64,000 bases of DNA from Roseiflexaceae bacterium. GTDB taxonomy: Bacteria; Chloroflexota; Chloroflexia; Chloroflexales; Roseiflexaceae. The translations under genes and the position numbers were made by a program. The stretch spans positions 16,960-80,959 of the forward strand of contig JBBAWW010000001.1 in the NCBI GenBank assembly GCA_040397035.1, written 5' to 3'. Shown piece after piece: positions 9,598 through 18,552 of the stretch (the first letter of the stretch is position 1; every line of letters begins with the position of its first letter). A model generated the notes under the pieces. The model was not told the origin of the DNA. It ran no database searches and saw only the letters and a program-made list of their open reading frames with translations.

Positions 9598-9626
9598 CCC
9601 TTGCATTTCTGCAAGGGTGTTTTTAT
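9598..9626 (+). terminator. riboswitch expression-platform terminator
   Basis: CCCTTGCA-TTTC-TGCAAGGG hairpin followed by TGTTTTTATTT, ending 20 nt before the btuF-like start codon. Confidence 0.7.
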
Positions 9627-9645
9627 TTACTTGAAAGGGAATTCC

Positions 9646-10644
9646 ATGAAGTCGTTTTTGCGTGTTGTCCTATTGAGCGTTGCCGTAATCCTCAGTGCCT
9701 GTGCTACTGCACCGGCGCAAGCCCCGACCGCCACGCCCGCTCCCGTAGCAACCATGGTACCAACCGCCGTCCCCACCATTGCTCCCATAGCCGTTGCAGT
9801 CGCATCGGTGACTGATAGTGCTGGCCGTGTAGTGGCTATCCCCACTAGTGTCAGCAAAATCATCTCGTTGGCTCCAAGTACCACCGAAATGATTTATGCG
9901 CTCGGTAAGGGCAGTGCCGTAGTTGCCATTGACATGTATAGTGATTACCCACCCGAAGTGAGTAGCGTTGCCAAAATCTCGAACCCCGATATGACCTACA
10001 ACTACGAGCAAATCGCTGCACTAGCGCCAGACATGGTGTTTGCGGCTGGGATTACCAGCCCTGACGTAGTAACCGCCATCGAAAAGCTCAATATTCCGGT
10101 GGTGGTAGTGGGTTCGGTTAATACCACTTTCGAAAGTATCAAATCAGATATCACCTTGGTGGGGACGCTGCTTGGTGCCACTAGTGAAGCCACGACCCTG
10201 ACCACCCAAATGCAAGTTGATTGGGATGCGTTGATTGCTAAAGTGGCCAATATTGATTCCAAACCGCGCGTTTTTTGGGAGCTTGATGCTACTGATCCTA
10301 GCAAGCCGTATACCATCGGCGCAGGGGGATTTGTCAATGAATTGTTAGTTGCCGCAGGCGGTATCAATGTGTTTGGCGATGTCGAAAACCCTTACCCGCA
10401 AGTGAGTGTCGAACAAGTAGTAGCCGCCGCCCCCGATATTATTATTTTGGCCGATTCGTTGTACGGCGTCACACCAGACATGGTGGCGAACCGGGCAGGC
10501 TGGGAAGGTATTCCTGCAGTCAAAAACCAAAGTGTTTTCCCGATTGATGATAACCTAGTTAGTCGGCCTGGTCCACGGATTGTAGCTGGATTAGCCGCAG
10601 TCATTGCTATAATTGAAGAAGTGCTTGTCGAAGTGAAATATTGA
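9646..10644 (+). CDS. ABC substrate-binding lipoprotein, BtuF/FhuD (cobalamin/siderophore) family
   Basis: Preferred start is ATG 9646 (GAAAGGGA SD), giving MKSFLRVVLLSVAVILSAC with a lipobox. The SLAPSTTEMIYALG motif is typical of periplasmic-binding-protein type 2. The track start at 9523 would overlap the riboswitch. Confidence 0.8.
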   Translation: MKSFLRVVLLSVAVILSACATAPAQAPTATPAPVATMVPTAVPTIAPIAVAVASVTDSAGRVVAIPTSVSKIISLAPSTTEMIYALGKGSAVVAIDMYSDYPPEVSSVAKISNPDMTYNYEQIAALAPDMVFAAGITSPDVVTAIEKLNIPVVVVGSVNTTFESIKSDITLVGTLLGATSEATTLTTQMQVDWDALIAKVANIDSKPRVFWELDATDPSKPYTIGAGGFVNELLVAAGGINVFGDVENPYPQVSVEQVVAAAPDIIILADSLYGVTPDMVANRAGWEGIPAVKNQSVFPIDDNLVSRPGPRIVAGLAAVIAIIEEVLVEVKY

Positions 10645-11693
10645 TGCCGTACGCCGTGTCACAACTAAAGCGGTTGCGCCACTGGCGTGGCACGGCGTAT
10701 CTACTCGGATTGTCGCTGTGTGTCTGTTGTATGCTGGTGGCGACTGTAGTGGGAAGTGTGGCAATCCCCATTGACACGGTAATCCGTGTATTGTGGCATT
10801 GGGTACGCCAGATTCCCGATACAGTAATACCCAGTAATCTCGTTACGATCATCGTCACCATCCGCCTGCCGCGGGTTGTAATGGTGGCGTGTGCGGGGGC
10901 GGCGCTGGGTGGGGCCGGTGCCGCCTACCAAGGACTGTTTCGTAACCCGCTGGCCGACCCCTATGTAATCGGTGTGGCGTCGGGTGCCGGGCTGGGTGCC
11001 ATCAGCGCGGTGGCACTCGGTGGCGCTCTTGCTTTTGCCTGGTACCTAATGCCTTTGGGGGCGTTTATCGGGGCGTTGCTGGTGGTCGGGTTGGTCTATT
11101 TGTTGGCGCGCGGCAATGCCCAATACACCAACAATGATCTGATTTTGGCAGGGGTGGCCTTAGCCGCCCTCGCCAACGCCTTGACGACCTATATCATGCT
11201 TCATATCGGCCGCCAACTCTCGCAATTGCTCGGATTTTTGTTGGGTAGCGCCACGATTGTGGGTTGGGATGCCGTGGGCTTGATGCTTGTCAGTGTCATT
11301 ATTGGCATGACCATGCTCTTGATCGCCGCGCGCGATTTGAATGTGCTGTTATTTCCTGAAGAACAAGCGCGCTTCCTTGGTATCAACGTCGCCCGTATTC
11401 GTGCGTTGGTCGTAATTGGGGCAACGCTGATGACCGCCACCGCCGTGGCCTTCCACGGGTTGATTGGCTTTGTAGGGATTATCGTGCCGCATTCGGTGCG
11501 TTTGTTTGTGGGGGGCGATCATCGCCGCTTGATTCCGTTGTCAGCCTGCTATGGGGCAATATTTTTGTTGCTGGCCGATATGCTGGCCCGTACCATTCAA
11601 TCCCCCCAAGAAATCCCCGTGGGCATTGTCACCGCCTGTTGCGGCGCGCCATTTTTTCTGTGGCAATTACGCACCACCAAAAGAGCAACCTAA
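10644..11693 (+). CDS. FecCD/BtuC-family ABC permease
   Basis: ~350 aa and polytopic, with FecCD-like segments (RLPRVVMVACAGAALG, NPLADPYVIGVASGAG). ATG 10644 overlaps the btuF-like TGA. Confidence 0.85.
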   Translation: MPYAVSQLKRLRHWRGTAYLLGLSLCVCCMLVATVVGSVAIPIDTVIRVLWHWVRQIPDTVIPSNLVTIIVTIRLPRVVMVACAGAALGGAGAAYQGLFRNPLADPYVIGVASGAGLGAISAVALGGALAFAWYLMPLGAFIGALLVVGLVYLLARGNAQYTNNDLILAGVALAALANALTTYIMLHIGRQLSQLLGFLLGSATIVGWDAVGLMLVSVIIGMTMLLIAARDLNVLLFPEEQARFLGINVARIRALVVIGATLMTATAVAFHGLIGFVGIIVPHSVRLFVGGDHRRLIPLSACYGAIFLLLADMLARTIQSPQEIPVGIVTACCGAPFFLWQLRTTKRAT

Positions 11694-11695
11694 CC

Positions 11696-12466
11696 ATGTT
11701 AGTAGACATAAAAAATATTACTTGTGCCTATCAACAGCACATTGCCCTTGCCGACGTATCACTCACTGCTGCTACGGGTGAAATCATCGTCTGTATCGGT
11801 CCCAATGGCGCCGGTAAAAGTACCTTGATTCGGGCAATCGCCGGTACGGTACCATTGCGTGATGGTCAAATTATGCTAGCCGGTGCGGATGTTGCCACAA
11901 TGCCGGCAGCACAGCGGGCCCAACACATTGCGGTCGTACCCCAGACGGTGGTGATGCCGGCGGGATTCACGGTGCGCGAAGTGGTGGCAATGGCTCGCTA
12001 CGCCTTTCATCCCTGGTACCAGCGCCATACTGGACACGATGACCAAATTATCAATTATGCCATGACGCAGGCCGGGGTCGATCACTTTGCTACGACGCCA
12101 GCCAATCAATTATCGGGGGGCGAACAACAGCGGGTAGCCTTTGCCCGCGCCATCGCCCAGCAACCCAAGGTGCTGTTGCTCGACGAAACCACGGCTCATC
12201 TCGATTTACACCACCAACATGCAATTATTCGTTGTATAAAAGAACTCGCACAGTGCGGCGTCCTCATAATTGCCGCCATGCACGACATCAACCTTGCAGC
12301 GTCGTTTGCCAGCCGCATTTGTGTGCTCCAACAGGGTCATTTACTGGCAGATGGCGTACCAGCGACGGTGCTCAATCAAGCATTCCTCGAGCAGATTTAC
12401 CACACGCCCCTCAAAGTGGTGCCCCAATCCGACCACCCCACACCGCTCTTTTTGATTCAGCATTAG
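11696..12466 (+). CDS. ABC ATPase of the BtuD/FecE type
   Basis: Start at ATG 11696 (MLVDIKNI). Walker A GPNGAGKST, signature LSGGEQQR, Walker B LLLDETTAHLD. Confidence 0.85.
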   Translation: MLVDIKNITCAYQQHIALADVSLTAATGEIIVCIGPNGAGKSTLIRAIAGTVPLRDGQIMLAGADVATMPAAQRAQHIAVVPQTVVMPAGFTVREVVAMARYAFHPWYQRHTGHDDQIINYAMTQAGVDHFATTPANQLSGGEQQRVAFARAIAQQPKVLLLDETTAHLDLHHQHAIIRCIKELAQCGVLIIAAMHDINLAASFASRICVLQQGHLLADGVPATVLNQAFLEQIYHTPLKVVPQSDHPTPLFLIQH

Positions 12467-12499
12467 TAGTAGTGGCGTCATTGCATGGCGCCACTACTA
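12467..12499. terminator. hairpin between convergent genes (bidirectional terminator candidate)
   Basis: TAGTAGTGGCG (12467..12477) pairs with CGCCACTACTA (12489..12499), an 11-bp stem with an 11-nt loop. Confidence 0.5.
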
Positions 12500-14069
12500 T
12501 GACTTTAATTTTCCATCAATCCATGTTTCCATCACCCGGTGTTGATCGAGGGACAGCGTAGGATTGTCATCGATAACCACAAAATCGGCACACAAGCCAC
12601 GGCGCAAGTCGCCGTAGCGTTGTTCGGCCTAGAGCGAATATGCTGCGCCGTAGGTGTAGGCGTCGATGGCAGTCTGCCACGAAATAGCTTCGTGTGCGTT
12701 TATCACATTCCCCCGCCAGGTCTGGCGCGTCACGGCAGCAGCAATGCCTTTGAGTGGATGGAAGTCAGTAACCACCGGATTATCGCTGCCAAAAGGCCAG
12801 CACTGCCCCTGCGTCGTGGAGTGTTTTCCAGGTATGAGCATAGGGCAGCAGGTGGTCGGGAATGCGAACCACGTCGCTTTCTTCAAACCACGTACAAAAC
12901 GGTTGCACACTAGCCACAATCTCGAGCTGAGCGCATTGGGCAGCCAACCCCGGCCGCAGGCTTTCGCAATGTTCTAGGCGGTGACGGTGATTGTGGCGTG
13001 GGTATTTCGTGAGCACTGCCGCGAAACAGCGCAAGGCCTGCGCCACCGCCTCGTCACCAATCACATGTACGGCGATTTGATAGCCTTGGCAATGTGCCTA
13101 GGTAAATGCTGCGATGAGTTCTTTGTCGCTATAGAGCGGGTAGCCGCGATTGCCGGGCTCGTCGCGATAATCGGCACTTATCCAGGCGCTGCCGCCACCC
13201 AATGTACCATCACTGAAAAATTTGATAATGGAAGCATGTTGCCACTCATCGGCAGTAATGAGGTGCTGACTAGTCAGCTAGGCATTGGCAACAGCGCCAT
13301 AGCCCATGTAGGCCACCCGGAGCGCGAGATTGGCTGACTGTTTGGCTTGTTGCATCACATGGAGCTCATCGATGCCGTTGATATAACCGAGTGCTGCCTC
13401 GCCGATGGCCGTAATTCCTCGTTTGTGGTATTCGGGTATGGCCAGCGCGATGCCCCGTTGCCAATCAATCGGCGGTTTTTGCACGACTGCTTGCACTAAT
13501 TTAACTGCTGATTCTTCGAGGATGCCGTTTGGTTCACCATCCGTATCCCGCCCAATTCGCCCACCGACGGGGTCAGCGGTTTGAGCCGTAATCCCTGCCA
13601 ATGACAGCGCCTGACTATTGGCGAGGGCAATATGATTATCTGCGCGAATAATAAACAATGGATGGTTGGGGAGCATGGCATCAAGTTCGCGGCGGTGGGG
13701 GTGGCGTTGTTCGTGGTAGCGCCCTTGATCATGCCCTGCCCCGATTATCCATTGTCCCGGGGGGAGTTGCTGAGCGGCAGTTTCTAGCGTATGCCCCAAT
13801 TGCGCAAAACTGGTTACCTGCCACAATGACAGTCGTTCAGATTGCTCACGGACATACATCAGCAAATGCTGGTGGCTGTTGACAAACCCTGGTAGCAAGA
13901 GATGGGCCGGATCGATGTGGTGGATGTGCGTTTGTGCCGATACAAGTGAGGTAATGTCTGATGCGGCACCAACAGCAACGATTTTGCCCTGCCGGATGGC
14001 GATGCCGCCCTGTGCGATATGCCCAGTATGCCGGCTATAGAGCCGCGCGGTAATAATCGTGTCAATCAT
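12497..14069 (-). pseudogene. YtcJ-like metal-dependent amidohydrolase, disrupted (3 in-frame TAG codons plus 1 frameshift)
   Basis: The N-terminal 263 aa are intact (HQH metal motif in FVNSHQHLL). Homology continues in frame across TAG codons at 13278..13280 and 13098..13100 (FFSDGTLGGGSAW, IAVHVIGDEAV, HRLEHCE). It shifts frame at the A4/T4 run 12791..12794 (AVLAF/GSDNPVV), crosses a third TAG at 12629..12631, and ends at ...ADFVVIDDNP...KLKS. Confidence 0.8.
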
Positions 14070-14173
14070 TGGGCTCCTTTGAGATTACGCTATACTATGC
14101 AACCGCGCCATTTATAGCATAGGATAGATTTATCGTCACGGCAACGACGTCACGGTAATACATGGAGGGATGT

Positions 14174-14830
14174 ATGTCACGCTTACGCACGATTTCACTT
14201 GCACTCATTGGGCTAACGATACTAATTAGTACCTGGTTTTATCCCCAACTCCCCGCCCAGGTACCGAGTCATTGGGATATCAATGGTACTATCGATGGCT
14301 GGCAGACACCACTCGAAAGTGCGCTGTTTGTGCCGATTGTCTGTGTGGTGTTGATGACCATATTGTGGCTGGCGGGGCGCTTCGACCCCCGTCCCAGCAT
14401 TGTGGCTGCCATTGATTGGGTGGTAGTCATCATGCTGGTGTTTTTTGTGGGACTACAAGTGACTATCATGTTGATTGGTACGGGAAATCACATTCCTATG
14501 GAGCGAATCATTATGGTCGGCATGGCTGGCTTGTTTGCGGGTATCGGACGGATCATGCGTGATGTCGAACCCAACGGATTTGTCGGCATCCGCACCTTTT
14601 GGACGATGACCAATCCTCAAGTCTGGCGTGAAACGCACCTTTTGGCCTACCGCACGATGGTAATCAGCGCACTAATTACCATCGTGGTAGCCTGTTTGCC
14701 AATTCCGACCGCTTGGCTGTTTGTCGGTGGACTGAGTAGTATCTTGATTGGTGTTATTTGGCCGATGATTTTTGCCTACCGCCGCTATCACCAACTTACG
14801 GACGGAACGTCGCCGTCAAGCCGTTTGTAA
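14174..14830 (+). CDS. SdpI/DUF1648-family integral membrane protein
   Basis: N-terminal TM then the QVPSHWDINGTIDGW motif typical of DUF1648, followed by several more TM segments. The start is taken at the second ATG (MSRLRT). Confidence 0.55.
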   Translation: MSRLRTISLALIGLTILISTWFYPQLPAQVPSHWDINGTIDGWQTPLESALFVPIVCVVLMTILWLAGRFDPRPSIVAAIDWVVVIMLVFFVGLQVTIMLIGTGNHIPMERIIMVGMAGLFAGIGRIMRDVEPNGFVGIRTFWTMTNPQVWRETHLLAYRTMVISALITIVVACLPIPTAWLFVGGLSSILIGVIWPMIFAYRRYHQLTDGTSPSSRL

Positions 14831-15725
14831 CGAGGACTGATTTGGCGATTTTGCAGGCCACTGTATAAGCCGGGTCAAACACATTGCCGATATTGTATTC
14901 GATGGCTTGACTCATTAGGACTGCTGCCGTCGTGGCATCTGCACCACATTCGATTAGCATGCGGTGCATTTCGCTGGTGGCGTGTTGCAAGGCTTGGTCG
15001 AGTGGGCGGGCGTTGCCGATGGCATACAAATGAGTGGCGTCTTCGGCCCGTGGCCAGGTGATTGCGTGCATTGTTGCCCGGGCGAGGGTAACAGTCACGG
15101 CCATGGCAGATTCGACGCCAGTGCCACCGATTTCACCACAGCCTTGGGCCAAATGCCCGTCGCCAATGAAAAATAACGCACCGCTGACGGCGACGGGAAA
15201 ATAAATGGTACAGCCGGTGGTCAAAAACCGGTAGTCCATATTGCCACCATATGGTCCTGAGGTGGCGGTCGAAATTGCTTCGCCGCGACGAGGAGCCACC
15301 CCAAAACAGCCCACCATCGGTGCATAATCGATGGTGAGCGCTTTGCCGTGCGTGCCACGGCTACGGAGTGTGCGCGTGGTGGCGTCGTAATCCCAGTATT
15401 CTTTGGAGCCTAGAGTAGTTGGGAGTTCGAGGATGTATTCGGGGTCGACTACATTCCCTGCGAGGGTAGGATAGCTCCAGCCGTGGCTCCGGAGTGGGGT
15501 GAGGGCATCGAAGGTGACGGCGAGTACATCGCCTTTAGCCACACCAGCCACGGCGATTGGGCCACTCATGGGATTGCCACGGGGGGTGATTTCGATGTCG
15601 TTGCCATCGATACCATGGGCATCGACACAGGCAATGGTGATGCTGTCGCCGCTGGCCACGGTGAGTGCCACGGGATGGGTGCCAATAGTGCGAAAATAGT
15701 GGCTGGGGGTGAAATTGTGGTGCAT
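14796..15725 (-). CDS. acetamidase/formamidase (FmdA/AmdA) family amidohydrolase
   Basis: Family-like sequence (NPMSGPIAVAGVAKGDVLAV, GGNMDY, FFIGDGHLAQGCGE). Preferred start is ATG 15725 (AAGGAA SD). Its 3' end overlaps the convergent gene by 35 nt. Confidence 0.8.
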   Translation of the reverse strand: MHHNFTPSHYFRTIGTHPVALTVASGDSITIACVDAHGIDGNDIEITPRGNPMSGPIAVAGVAKGDVLAVTFDALTPLRSHGWSYPTLAGNVVDPEYILELPTTLGSKEYWDYDATTRTLRSRGTHGKALTIDYAPMVGCFGVAPRRGEAISTATSGPYGGNMDYRFLTTGCTIYFPVAVSGALFFIGDGHLAQGCGEIGGTGVESAMAVTVTLARATMHAITWPRAEDATHLYAIGNARPLDQALQHATSEMHRMLIECGADATTAAVLMSQAIEYNIGNVFDPAYTVACKIAKSVLVTNGLTATFRP

Positions 15726-15754
15726 TGTGGTTCCTTTATGATTTGTTGGGTACA

Positions 15755-15783
15755 TTGACACATTGTACTCTGGGTTTTATACT
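15755..15783 (+). promoter_or_regulatory. sigma70-type promoter for the MgtE_N/CBS-Nramp leader
   Basis: TTGACA (15755..15760), a 17-nt spacer, then TATACT (15778..15783). Confidence 0.55.
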
Positions 15784-15856
15784 TATATACATGGACGACG
15801 ATTATCACTCAGCTCATTTGAATACCTGTTAGCGCACGCACGCCAATGCACGGGGA

Positions 15857-15889
15857 ACACCCGCATGCAGACGTATGCGGGTGTTTTTA
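15857..15889 (+). terminator. intrinsic terminator inside the 5' leader (attenuator or riboswitch expression platform candidate)
   Basis: ACACCCGCAT pairs with ATGCGGGTGT in a 10-bp stem with an 8-nt loop, followed by a T run. It ends ~20 nt before the GTG start at 15910. No plus-strand gene lies upstream for it to terminate. Confidence 0.7.
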
Positions 15890-15909
15890 TTGCATACCAG
15901 AGGTGTGGC

Positions 15910-17166
15910 GTGCTGTTTATCTCACAACTGATGCATCTGCCCGTCAAAGCCCGTGATGGTGGTGATGTTGGCAAAATCATTGATATCATGGTACGAATCG
16001 ACGACCGTAGCTATCCCCCGATTGGGGGGATAATTGTTGCAGATCGCCGGCGTACCTTTTTTATCCCTGCATCACATCTCGCCGAAGTCAGCTTACATAC
16101 GATTCAACTCAATACCACCCAAATCAATCTCGAGCGCTTTATTCGCCGCGACGGCGAAGTATTGCTCAACAAAGACGTGCTCGATCACCAAATCATCGAC
16201 ATCAATGGTCGGCGGATTGTGCGGGTCAATGACATTCAGATGGCATTAATTGACCACGATTATTGTGTGGTGGGTGTCGATGTCAGTCCGCAAGCGTTGC
16301 TTCGCCGCCTCGCACCGCGCTCGGCCTCCCCCCACATCATCGGGCGTCAAGTGATTAGTTGGGCTGACGCACAATATTTGGCTAGTGCGGCTCCAGTGCA
16401 ACTCAAAGTTTCATACAATCGTTTGTCCGAACTTGGTGCTGTCGATTTGGCGCGTATCGTTGATGCCTTGTCGTACCGCGAAAGTGCCGAGATTGTGGCA
16501 GCCCTCGACGACGAAACCGCCGCCCAAACCCTCGAAGAAGTCTCCGACGAACGCTTGGTTGATTTGCTCGAGGGCATGGACCAAGAGCGCGCCGCCGATA
16601 TTTTGGAAGAAATGACCCCCAATGCGGCTGCTGATTTGCTCGAAGACCTCGATGCCGAAGTGGCCAAGCAAATCCTGGCTCGTATGGAGCCCGAAGAAGC
16701 CGAAGACGTCAAAGAATTGCTGGCCTATGCCGAAGACTCGGTAGGGCGAAGCATGATGACCGACCTCGTGCTGGCCTTCCCCGATGATACCGTGGCCGAA
16801 GTAATTGCCGGGTTGCGCGCCCGCCACGAATTGCCGGATCCGTTGACCGAAATCTACATAGTCGAACATTCCGACCATGATTCACTCCAGCACATCGGGT
16901 CACCGCTTGTGGGCATTGTCCGCTTACCTAAATTGTTAGTTAGTGGCGGTGACACACATATGCATGAAATCCTCGAAGAGGTGCCGTCGATTCATGCGAG
17001 TGACCCGTCTGAAATCGCCGCACGCGTGCTTGGAGAATACAATCTGACTGCCGTGCCGGTCATCGACGATGATGGCGCACTTGTCGGCGCGGTCAGTGTC
17101 GACGATGCGTTGGCTGAATTGTTGCCCGATATTTGGCACCGCCGTGGTGCACGGAATTTTGGATAG
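15910..17166 (+). CDS. soluble PRC-barrel / MgtE N-domain / CBS-pair protein (MgtE cytoplasmic sensor module without the channel domain)
   Basis: GTG 15910 is preceded by an AGAGGTG SD. MgtE_N-like acidic helices (LEEMTPNAAADLLEDLDAEVAKQILARMEPEEAEDVKELLAY) are followed by a CBS pair (VIDDDGALVGAVSVDDAL). There is no hydrophobic C-terminal domain. Confidence 0.7.
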   Translation: MLFISQLMHLPVKARDGGDVGKIIDIMVRIDDRSYPPIGGIIVADRRRTFFIPASHLAEVSLHTIQLNTTQINLERFIRRDGEVLLNKDVLDHQIIDINGRRIVRVNDIQMALIDHDYCVVGVDVSPQALLRRLAPRSASPHIIGRQVISWADAQYLASAAPVQLKVSYNRLSELGAVDLARIVDALSYRESAEIVAALDDETAAQTLEEVSDERLVDLLEGMDQERAADILEEMTPNAAADLLEDLDAEVAKQILARMEPEEAEDVKELLAYAEDSVGRSMMTDLVLAFPDDTVAEVIAGLRARHELPDPLTEIYIVEHSDHDSLQHIGSPLVGIVRLPKLLVSGGDTHMHEILEEVPSIHASDPSEIAARVLGEYNLTAVPVIDDDGALVGAVSVDDALAELLPDIWHRRGARNFG

Positions 17167-17204
17167 ACGCTGGGATCGATTTTTGTAACACGAGGTGCCT
17201 GTAT

Positions 17205-18488
17205 ATGTCATTGCCCGCCGCTCTCCCGCTCCATCGCCGCATAGTGCGGTATTTACGCCGCTCGTGGTGGCCCTATATTTTGGCGATTGGTCCGGGTATG
17301 TTGGCGGCGAGTGCCGGCAATGATGCGGGTGGGATTGCCACCTATGCCTCGGCTGGGGCAGCCTACGGCTATTCGTTGTTGTGGGTGATGGTGATTATTA
17401 CTGTGGCAGTGGCGATTGTCCAAGAAATGTCTGCCCGCCTTGGGGCGGTCACCGGCAAAGGTTTTGCTGATCTTGTGCGCGAAAATTTCCCCATCCGCAT
17501 GACCGCCTTTATCATGCTAACCCTGCTTTTGGCGAATGCTGGCATTATTGTGTCGGAATTTGTGGGGATTGCCGCCGCTGCCGAATTATTTGGCGTGAGT
17601 CGCTATGTGGCGGTGCCCCTCGCCGCATTTTTAATGTGGTTTGTGATTACCCGCGGGAGCTACAGCCGCGTTGAGCAATTTCTGCTGGTGCTCAGTGCGG
17701 TTTTTTTGGCGTATGTGGCGTCGGCAATCATGGTCAAACCCGATCCGCAAGATATTTTAGCGGGTCTGCAACCGGTGTTTCATGGTGAAAGTGCCTACAT
17801 CAAAATCATCGTAGCCTTGGTCGGCACCACCATTTCGCCCTATATGCAACTCTATGTGCAATCGTCCGTGGTCGAAAAAGGGGTTAGCATCGGCGAATTC
17901 CGCTATACCCGGGTCGATGTATTTGTCGGTACGTTATTAGCAGGAATTGTGGCCACCTGTATCATTATCGCCACTGCGGCCACCCTGCATCCCCAAGGAA
18001 TTATCATTGAGACCGCCGCTGATGCCGCCATGGCGCTGACTCCGATTGCCGGCAAATACGCCACTGAGCTGTTTGGGATTGGGTTGCTCGGTGCATCACT
18101 GCTCGCCGCCGGAATTCTGCCGCTGTCGACGACGTATATGCTCAGTGAATCACTCGGATTTGAGCGTGGTGTATCGCGGAGCTGGCAAGAAGCCCCGGTA
18201 TTTATGGGTGTATTTACCGTGTTGATTGCTTTTGGTGCCGTAATTGCCCTAATCCCCGGCTTGCCCCTGATTAGCGTGCTGGTGGGTGTCTATGTCATCA
18301 ACGGCTTATTGTTGCCCATCGAGTTACTCGCCATTGTGTCGTTGATAAATAACAAAGAAATCATGGGCAAATATGTCAATGGTCGCTTCCACAACCTGCT
18401 GGTGTGGGCGATTGTGGCGGCAGTCAGTCTGTTGTCACTGGTCTATATCGGCTGGCAATTATTTGAGTGGGTAATTCCGGGTATGTAA
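17205..18488 (+). CDS. Nramp (MntH-like) divalent metal cation transporter
   Basis: Start at ATG 17205 (MSLPAALP). Nramp signature region GPGMLAASAGNDAGGIATYASAGA. Roughly 11 TM segments. Confidence 0.85.
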   Translation: MSLPAALPLHRRIVRYLRRSWWPYILAIGPGMLAASAGNDAGGIATYASAGAAYGYSLLWVMVIITVAVAIVQEMSARLGAVTGKGFADLVRENFPIRMTAFIMLTLLLANAGIIVSEFVGIAAAAELFGVSRYVAVPLAAFLMWFVITRGSYSRVEQFLLVLSAVFLAYVASAIMVKPDPQDILAGLQPVFHGESAYIKIIVALVGTTISPYMQLYVQSSVVEKGVSIGEFRYTRVDVFVGTLLAGIVATCIIIATAATLHPQGIIIETAADAAMALTPIAGKYATELFGIGLLGASLLAAGILPLSTTYMLSESLGFERGVSRSWQEAPVFMGVFTVLIAFGAVIALIPGLPLISVLVGVYVINGLLLPIELLAIVSLINNKEIMGKYVNGRFHNLLVWAIVAAVSLLSLVYIGWQLFEWVIPGM

Positions 18489-18497
18489 TATTCACTA

Positions 18498-18536
18498 AAA
18501 AGTGTCGGTACGTCGTATTGACGTACCGGCACTTTT
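18498..18536. terminator. bidirectional intrinsic terminator
   Basis: AAAAGTGTCGGTACGTC-GTATT-GACGTACCGGCACTTTT, a 17-bp stem (one G:U) flanked by A and T runs, between convergent Nramp and ferredoxin genes. Confidence 0.8.
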
Positions 18537-18552
18537 GGATACGATGAACGGG

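Noticed and set aside
9523-9645. The N-terminal extension of the BtuF-like ORF (track start at 9523).
   Set aside because: The extension overlaps the riboswitch expression platform and terminator. The ATG at 9646 has an SD and yields a proper lipoprotein signal peptide.
12629-13280. The three in-frame TAG codons read as programmed recoding (pyrrolysine or suppression).
   Set aside because: The same gene also carries a frameshift. The window contains no pyl genes or suppressor tRNA, and other genes here terminate normally at TAG. Pseudogenisation is the more parsimonious reading.
15763-15909. The long N-terminal extension of the MgtE_N/CBS ORF (track start at 15763).
   Set aside because: The extension would encode through a consensus promoter and a strong terminator hairpin. 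The GTG at 15910 has a good SD and gives an N-terminus (MLFISQLMHLPV) that looks like the start of a PRC-barrel domain.
16347-16878. Antisense ORFs of 121 aa and 155 aa within the MgtE_N region.
   Set aside because: They are mirror images of the acidic, Ala/Glu/Asp-rich, repetitive MgtE_N coding sequence. They are low-complexity with no motifs.
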